Source of the DNA: an uncultured delta proteobacterium
Lineage (GTDB): Bacteria; Desulfobacterota; Zymogenia; Zymogenales; Zymogenaceae
Direction of reading: 5' to 3'
NCBI GenBank assembly: GCA_963792965.1
Contig: CAWBYW010000017.1
Span: 1-48,938 of the forward strand
DNA: 48,938 nucleotides
The translations under genes and the position numbers were made by a program. Positions 41,997 through 48,938 of this stretch are shown here, piece after piece. Every line of letters begins with the position of its first letter. The stretch's first letter is position 1. The notes below the pieces were generated by a model. That model was not told where the DNA came from. It ran no database searches and saw nothing but the letters and a program-made list of their open reading frames with translations.

Positions 41997-42557
41997 TCAG
42001 CGCTCACCCTCACCGAAGACCAGCGCATCGTAGATATAGATCTCGGTGCCCTTGTCCTTCCAGGCGTCCCTCGGGAGCCCCGCCTTCAGGCAGGTGTGGC
42101 ACAGGAAAGTGTTCCGATCCCACCCCTGCTCCGTGGCCACCTGGGGCAGGAGCGTTCCCCGCCGGTAGCCGTGCGTGATGAATATCCCGTGCTTCCCCAC
42201 CGTGATCTCTTTAACGTCGGTGACCTTTTTGAGCGGCGAGAGGACAGATATCTCGATGTCGATGTCGCCGAGCTCCTCGGCGCCAACTTCGTTGAATCGG
42301 GGATCGTTTTTTGACGCGGCCCAGGCCATATCGACGACCGTCTCGCACAGCGGGCACTCGGCCTCGAACCTGCCGATACACCCCCTGAGCCTCCCCCGCT
42401 TGTGGAGCGACACAAAGGCGCCGGCCGGCATGGTGAGCTCCTGGTCGGTCACTTCAACTTTCGGTTTCTTCTTCCCCCTGGCCCCCTCCTCCACGACCTT
42501 CCGGGCCATTGAAAGCAACTCCTTCTTTTGTTCATCCGACAGCGTAAATTCTTTCAT
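41997..42557 (-). CDS. amrA: AMMECR1-domain protein (AmmeMemoRadiSam protein A)
   Basis: GAFVSL...LRGCIG, DPRF, IEISVLS, LLPQVATE, CLKAGL. Confidence 0.92.
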   Translation of the reverse strand: MKEFTLSDEQKKELLSMARKVVEEGARGKKKPKVEVTDQELTMPAGAFVSLHKRGRLRGCIGRFEAECPLCETVVDMAWAASKNDPRFNEVGAEELGDIDIEISVLSPLKKVTDVKEITVGKHGIFITHGYRRGTLLPQVATEQGWDRNTFLCHTCLKAGLPRDAWKDKGTEIYIYDALVFGEGER

Positions 42558-42571
42558 CGCCCCGCCTCCTC

Positions 42572-42808
42572 TCATAAGGGATCGAGGCCGTCAGGACGCA
42601 TGATCTCCTCGATGGCCAGTTCCTGCCGGAGCTCTTCGATGACGGCCTGGACCTCACAGTCAAACCCGGGAGACACGAGGAGTTCGATGATCGAATTTCT
42701 TTCGTCGACCGTGCGCATCACGGCGGCGTTATCGTATGATTCGAGGATGAATTTGAACAGTGCGATGCCGTCCTTGTTGATCCGGTAGTATCTTTGAAGC
42801 ACGTCCAT
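42572..42808 (-). CDS. DUF4911-domain small protein
   Basis: IALFKFILESYD.AVMRTVD pattern. Confidence 0.75.
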   Translation of the reverse strand: MDVLQRYYRINKDGIALFKFILESYDNAAVMRTVDERNSIIELLVSPGFDCEVQAVIEELRQELAIEEIMRPDGLDPL

Positions 42809-42951
42809 TGTAGTCCCGGGAAATGGTTTTCTTATAGTATACCACACAGTGACGAAAACGTAAACGACCGATCGCGATAGTCTCCCGGCGGATATCCCCC
42901 ACGACGTCGCCGCGCGCGGTCGTACGGGCGGCGATGCTCGCCCGTGAGATA

Positions 42952-43674
42952 CTACGGCCGCACGATCAGATCCGTCAGGTAGCGGGCAAGCGAAACTGCG
43001 TGGGCGTCAAGGTTGCGCATGAAGCGGACGAAGGGGAAAAGCATCCTCGGATGTCGAAGGAAATAGGAGATCGCGCGCACGACGGACAGCCTCCCGTCTC
43101 TCGTGAAAATCTCTGCCATGACCGGCAGCTCAGCCGAGAGGTCGTCGGATATCACCCGAACGACGAGAAAGGGAATCCCCGCCTCACGCGAGACTCTCGC
43201 CACGTGAATGCTCTCCATGTCGACCGCGACCGCGCCCGTCCGCTCGTTGAGTTCCCGCCTGTGCCGCACGGACGAGACGAATCTCGACGAGGTAAGGACA
43301 ATGCCCGTTTTCGCGGGCGGCACGGAAAAAAGCGCATCGCGTGTGGGGAATATCTCGCGTAGGCCCGCGTCATCGACCAGCTCACGGGAAACGACGATCG
43401 TGCCGGCGGGATAATCCGGCGAGAGACCCCCGGCGAATCCGGAGGATATGACAATTGCCGGAGAGACGCTCTCGATCAGGGCACTCGCCGCTCCCTGCGC
43501 CGCCCGTCTCCCGACACCCGAGATGATAATCGATACGGATTTACCGCCGATATCCCCCTCGAACATCGTGAACGAGCCGACGGGCCTCTTGTGCCGATTT
43601 TCGAGCGTTCTGACGAGCGGCGCGGCCTCTTGCCATTGGGCGGCGACGATACCGATAGTCTGCACGGCAGTCAT
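42952..43674 (-). CDS. Nucleoside phosphorylase/MTA-SAH nucleosidase-like protein (HpnG-like)
   Basis: SGVG, SSGFAGGL, AVDMES, VRVISD. Confidence 0.85.
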   Translation of the reverse strand: MTAVQTIGIVAAQWQEAAPLVRTLENRHKRPVGSFTMFEGDIGGKSVSIIISGVGRRAAQGAASALIESVSPAIVISSGFAGGLSPDYPAGTIVVSRELVDDAGLREIFPTRDALFSVPPAKTGIVLTSSRFVSSVRHRRELNERTGAVAVDMESIHVARVSREAGIPFLVVRVISDDLSAELPVMAEIFTRDGRLSVVRAISYFLRHPRMLFPFVRFMRNLDAHAVSLARYLTDLIVRP

Positions 43675-43722
43675 TTGAGAGAGACTAAGAAACAGGGTTG
43701 GCGTGGTTCCAGTAAGATACAA

Positions 43723-44330
43723 CTATTTTTGCGTCACGTCTTTTGCACACCGAAAACCGACGTTCGGCAGCGTCACGTACGGGAGCTGCCCGGCCTCCCG
43801 GACGAAGACCCGCACCCCGAGAGGATCCGAGAGCCAGCTTCCCCCCCGCACGACGTGGATATCTCCCGCCTCGGGACTCTCCGGGTCCGACGTCGGGGAA
43901 TCCTGAGAATGGCGCTCCGCATACAAATCGGAGACCATCTCCCCGACGTTTCCCGCCATGTCATAGAGACCAAATCCGTTCGGCTCGAACATCGCAACGG
44001 GTGTCGTCCGGGGGCAGGTCTCGCCCGTCGCAAGCAGCCCGCCGTCATACTCCTGCTCCGCGAGGCAGCCCGCGTCGCTCCAGGCTTCGGCCGCGGAGCC
44101 GCAGGGACCCATGGTCCCGTCGACCATCCAGAGCGGGCTCGGGTTCGTGACATCCCAGTACCAGCCCGTTCCCGAACCCAAGTCGCCGCGACCGATGGAG
44201 CCGGCTCCGTCCCAGTAGCGTACCCAGACGTGGAACTGCCCGGACCGCCCGGTCTGGTAGAGGCTCGAGCTTGCGAAGCTCACGTCCCCCGAGATCGCGC
44301 CCCGCGACGCCCACTCCGTCCCAGGACCCG
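43723..44330 (-). CDS. Formylglycine-generating-enzyme (FGE/SUMF1) domain protein, C-terminal fragment
   Basis: TTPVAMFEPNGFGLYDMAGNVGE, VVRGGSW, NVGFRC. Confidence 0.8.
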
Positions 44331-44444
44331 GCCGTCTCGTCGGGTCGGGGGAGCCGTCCGAGGCGCGAGGAGGCACTCCTCCACGAAGACGCGTAGCTCG
44401 CGCCGCGCTGGCTCGCCGGCCCCGGTCACGGCCGCGCGCCGGCC

Positions 44445-46681
44445 ACGGCTCCGCCTCGGCGAATCTCGACTGCTGCATGAGGCTGAAACCCAGAAGGCTC
44501 TGGCGCTCATTGAGCTCCCAGGCAATGGGACTCTCGTCTTCCCGGCCGCTTAGGGCCTCGCGCAGTGCCTGCTCGGCGTCGCCGTACCTGCGCTGCGCCA
44601 GCCGGAGTTTAGCCAGCGAGGTCAGGTAAATCCTGAGGGCTGGACTGGTTGGACCTAGCACGCGGCGGCTCACCTCTACTGCCTTCGTGAATAGCGGCTC
44701 AGCCTCGCTATACCGGCCTTGCGACAGGTACAGCATTCCCAGGTAATTCATGCTGATCAGGGTGTCGGGATGTTCCTCGCCCAGTACAGTACCCCCAGCA
44801 TCTTCATGGCATTCAGCGTGCCGGGATGGTCTTCGCCCAGCACGCGCCGTTGCAAGTCGAGGTCCTTGAGCAGCAGCGGCTCGGCCAGGGCATATTTCCC
44901 TTCTATGCGGTACAGGTCCCCCAGGTTCTTCATCGCAACCAGGGTTGCGGCGTCCTCCTCGCCGACGGTACGCCGCAACTCCTCCAGAGCTTTAGCGAAA
45001 AGCGACTCCGCCAGCGCATACTTGCCTTCCTCGTCGTCCGCGCCCAGATTATTCATGCTGTTCAGCGTGGAGCGATGCTCCCCACCGAGGACGCGCCGCC
45101 GGACCTCCAGGACCTTGGTATGGAGCGGCTCCGCCTGCGCATATTTGCCTGCTTCCTCATACAGTAGCGCTAGAGCGTTCATCGTCTCCAGAGTGTCGCG
45201 GTGCTCTTCTCCCAGAGTGCGGCGGCGCAGGGCGAGGGCGCCTTCCAACTGGCGTTGCCCCTCCCGGAACAAGCCCATTTGGCGGTACGTGTCGCCCATC
45301 AGTTGGCGGATGGAAGCCTCCACTAACGGCTGCTTGTCGAACTTGCCGGCGATCCGCGCGGCAGCCCGATCCAAAGCGGTCCGCACCGTCAAGTCCAGAT
45401 CGGCCTTTGTCCCGGGGCGGGCTTGGTTGCTGACGTTCGCCTGGCCCAGGAGGTCGTTCTGCAAGAAATCATTAATTGCATTGGCGGTCGCCACCGCCCG
45501 CTCGGCCCGCACCGCTTCCCATGTGCTGGCGATGACTCCCGCGATCAGCATGACGAAGACCGCTGCCGCGCCAGTCACCAGGGCCCTGTGGCGGCGCGCG
45601 AACTTCCGCACGTGATAGGCCGCGGTGGATCGCCGCGCCACAATCGGCTCGTCCTTCAGATAGCGCTGAATGTCCTCGGCCAGTTCCGCCGCCGACTGGT
45701 ACCGTCGCGCTTTATCCTTCTCCAGCGCCTTGGCGACAATAGTTTCGATGTCTCCCCGGTACACGCGGCTGATCAAGCTGAGCCGCGCCGGATCTTCCTC
45801 CCGAATCGTCTGTACGGCCTTGGGAAGTTGGCTGCCGATCTGGTACGGCAGGCGCCCGGCCAGCAGCTCAAACAGCATCACCCCCAGCGCATACACATCG
45901 CTGCGCGTGTCCAGTTCCAGCGGATCGCCCAGCACCTGCTCGGGACTCATGTAAGCCAGCGTTCCCACGAGCTGCCCCAAATCCGTCTGGCGCGTGGCCT
46001 GGGTATCGGCATCGGTGGCGCGCGCCACTCCGAAATCGACGATCTTGGGCTGGCCGGTCTCATCTACCAGAATATTGCCCGGTTTCAGATGCGATGGATA
46101 ATGCCCCGCTGGTGCGCATGGTGCACGGCGTCGCAGATCTTGGCCACCAGCTCCAGCCGTTCCCGTGTGCCTAGTCGATGTGCCTTGGCAAACCTCAGCA
46201 GCGACGCGCCCTGAATGAACTCCATGGCGAAATACGGTTGCAGCCCGAATCCGCTATCCGCGGCGCCGGCTTCATAGATTTGTGCGATACCGGGATGGTG
46301 CAGACGGCCGAGCGCCTGGGATTCGTGCTCGAAGCGCCGCAGCAGCTCGCAGCTGGCGAGGCCCGGCTTGATCACCTTGAGGGCTACCGTGCGGCGGGGT
46401 TGGTCCTGCTCCGCCTCGTACACCGCGCCCATACCGCCTTCACCCAGCAGCCGGACAATCCGATACCGGCCTAGCGTTGCTGGCAGGGCGGGCGCCGCCA
46501 ATATCCCTGTTACCGGACTTTCCAGCCTGGGCCGATGCTCCGCCTCCAGAAGCTTTCGTACTTCCTGCCGCAGCGAAGCATCGGAGCAGGCATCGCTCAG
46601 ATAGGCCTCCCGCTCCCCTTGGGGCTTCTCCCGGGCAGCCAGGAAGATCTCCTTCATCCGAGCCCATCGCCCCGGCGTCAT
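44445..46681 (-). CDS. Hanks-type Ser/Thr kinase with C-terminal TPR repeats (frameshifts near 46090 and 44785; truncated at about 44445)
   Basis: LGEGGMGAVY, VALKVI, HPGIAQ, IIHR-(D)LKPGN, DFG, GTLAYMSPEQ, SDVYALG; TM segment; about 42-aa repeats RRxLGEEHxxTL. Confidence 0.92.
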
Positions 46682-47271
46682 GCCTCCGCCCTCGGGGAGA
46701 GTTCCGTGCGCAGCCAGGCGGCAGCCATGGTCCACTCCCGTTTGACTGTCCGCACTGAAATGCCTGATGCTTCGGCGGTTTCTTCAATCGTCAATCCCGC
46801 GAAATACCGCAGCTCCACCACCTTCGCCTGCTGCGGATCCAGTACCGTAAGCCGCTCGAGGGCTTCGTCCACCGCCAGAATCTCCTCTACTTGCGTTCCA
46901 TCCATCCCCCCTTCAAGGTTCACGGCGTCCACCCCGTCGGCCGGTCCAGCCCGCTTGGCCGTTTCCCGCGCGCGCGCGTAATCCACCAGTATCCGGCGCA
47001 TGAGCTGCGCGGCCACGCCCAGGAACTGCGCACGATTCCGCCAGTCGGCGCGATCCTGTTCCACCAGGCGCAAGTAGGCTTCGTGAACCAAGGCCGTGGG
47101 TTGGAGCGTGTGCCCGACACGCTCCGCCTGCAAGTAGTGCCCCGCCAGACGCCGAAGTTCCCCGTACACCAGCGGGATCAGCCGGCCCAGCGCATCCTTG
47201 TCTCCGCGCCTCAGCTCGTTGAGCAGAAGGGTCACTTCACCCGGGGAATCTGTGACACCGGACTCTGCCAC
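46678..47271 (-). CDS. ECF sigma factor (TIGR02999/ECF43-like, kinase-associated)
   Basis: VYGELRRLA, HTLQPTALVHEAYLRL, MRRILVDYAR, VVELRYFAGLT, TVKREW; ATGA overlap with the kinase. Confidence 0.93.
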   Translation of the reverse strand: MAESGVTDSPGEVTLLLNELRRGDKDALGRLIPLVYGELRRLAGHYLQAERVGHTLQPTALVHEAYLRLVEQDRADWRNRAQFLGVAAQLMRRILVDYARARETAKRAGPADGVDAVNLEGGMDGTQVEEILAVDEALERLTVLDPQQAKVVELRYFAGLTIEETAEASGISVRTVKREWTMAAAWLRTELSPRAEA

Positions 47272-47412
47272 ATCATAGATTTTACAACCCGAATATTGTC
47301 AATTGAAATGGGTTTGCAATACCGCAAGTACTATTTTGGCCCCTTTTTGTACCGATTCTCGCGTTATAGACAGCACAAGTCCCGCTTCCTGAAACGGGGC
47401 TGGAGAAACGTT

Positions 47413-48938
47413 ATGACGCCCAATCTTCGACGCCTTTCAAGATTCTATGGGATGATCTTTCTGCTCTTCGGGACGTTGCCCGCCTGGGCAGATGTCCTTT
47501 ACTACGATGTCACTCTGAACAGCAGCGCGCTGGCCGCCGTGCCGGACAACTACTCGCTGTTTTTCCAGCTCACCAATGGCGATGGAATCAACGACACGAA
47601 CAACGTCGTCACTTTAAGCAACTTCGCATTCGGAGCAGGAGGAGCGGCGATCCCTCCGGCGCAGACCTTCGGCGGCGCTTCCGGCGACCTGAACGGGGGC
47701 GCCAGCCTGAACGACAGCACCTTTTTCTTCAACGCAATCCTCGAGGGTTTCCAGCCCGGCTCAATTTCTCCTTCCTGCTGGGCCTGACGACGAATGTGGG
47801 CGCCGGCCCGGCGCCCGATCTGTTTGCCATGTCCGTGCTCGATGGCACCTCGGCGAATTCCCCACCCTTGATCCGTCCGGAGCCAACACCCTGCTGACCA
47901 TCACCATCGGCTCACCGCTCGGAATCCAGGCATTCGCAACTGATCCCGCCACCCCCACCAGCACTGGGAATTACATTGCCATGGGCGCTCCCGTCCTGAC
48001 ACCGGTGGTACCGGGGGCATCCGTGCCGGAACCGTCGAGCTTCCTGCTGCTCGGGACCGCGGTGGCAGGGGTGATCTGGGCGAGCCGCCGCAAGCCAATG
48101 CGGCCCCTCGCCTTGGCGCTGGCCGGCGCCGTGTTCTTCAGCGCCGGAGCGCTGCGGGCGCAAGCCCCGGTTTGTCCAGCAGGCTCCGTGCTGTACTCCT
48201 ACGCGGGCAAAGCCTTTAACTTCTGGGACACCTGTTCCCCGACTGATCCACTCTGCTGCACACCGGGTGATCCATCGTGTCCCCGACCCCAATCAGACCA
48301 AGAACCCGTTCAAGGGGGGGAGCCTCAGCGCGTATATCTGTTTGTCCGGGGCGTGCCCCACCTCTGTGGGCGACGTTAAGCCGCAGGTCACGGCTTTCTC
48401 TGTTTCATCGGGAGGGTTTACGATCACGCCGGCTACGACCCCTTACACCCCAAATCACCTTTGGTTTGGTTGCGACGCTTTCGGAAACATCAATGCCTGG
48501 TGGTTGTCCGTTGCAGGGTTTTTCTCGAATAACACAATTGGTGTCACTTTGGTCACCGGGGCGGGGCCCCCGGGGCTATGTCATAGGCACCGCAGACTCG
48601 GCGCGGGAGGACGGCTTCCTGGCCTCCCCCTGGTTCCAGTACGGTGGAGGTGTTTTATCCAACCCGGGGTTCTGGACGGTGGATGCCGACTGCGCCGGCG
48701 AACTGACCGGCTCCGTCAGTCACCAGGCCAACGGAGCGGAGATGGATGGGACGTTCGCTCCGCCTGGCGGCCTACCGCTTGCCGCCAGACTGTGCCAGGT
48801 GGACCACTTCAACTGGCAGCAGCAGATCACCCATATGCCCGCCCCGAACGGCTCGCTGCGTCTGGGACCCCAGCCCGAAGCTTACGTTACGGCGCCGCCA
48901 AACATTTACGACCCGCCGCCCCTCGGCTTTTATGATAT
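47413..48938 (+). CDS. Secreted protein with internal PEP-CTERM motif continuing into a second signal-peptide-led, Cys-rich domain (frameshifted; runs off the window)
   Basis: Signal peptide ..LPAWA-D; YSLFFQL..NVVTLSNFAFG domain; VPEPSSFLLLGTAVAGVIWASRRK (48023-48094); then in-frame MRPLALALAGAVFFSAGALRA-Q. Confidence 0.75.

Noticed and set aside
44760-44800. Shortened TPR unit as a real variant
   Set aside because: LGVLY jumps out of frame to LGEEHPDTL, which looks like a deletion or repeat-collapse artefact.

Overview
GC-rich bacterial sequence that looks like a mosaic of about four unrelated pieces joined in mid-gene (near 2400, 9705 and 44445). It has many single-base frameshifts that are probably long-read errors. 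(A) 1-2400, Planctomycete-like: OmpR-type regulator, histidine kinase and TPR protein, with palindromic repeats, one of them in-frame inside the kinase. (B) 2400-9705: sugar-catabolism region around a highly divergent RuBisCO-like protein (form IV), with a uronate-isomerase-like amidohydrolase, IolE-type TIM barrel, DUF1080, PfkB kinase, SIS/GmhA isomerase and TPP-dependent E1-alpha. (C) 9705-44445, deltaproteobacterial-like backbone: penicillin acylase; an alpha-glucan/glycogen operon of four tandem GH57 genes (the first very divergent) plus galT-like and glgA, with no glgC in view; a PAS/GAF kinase; methyltransferases; sirtuin; tonB; PAP2; wbpD/E-like genes; hisHAF-rsmD-coaD-aspC; AMMECR1; DUF4911; a nucleosidase; an FGE-domain fragment. 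(D) 44445-end, Acidobacteria-like: ECF sigma coupled to a Ser/Thr kinase-TPR, and a divergent gene whose PEP-CTERM signal is internal and runs in-frame into a second signal peptide and secreted domain (possible polyprotein). Taxonomic labels are inferred from gene content only. No rRNA, tRNA, CRISPR array or transposase was recognised.
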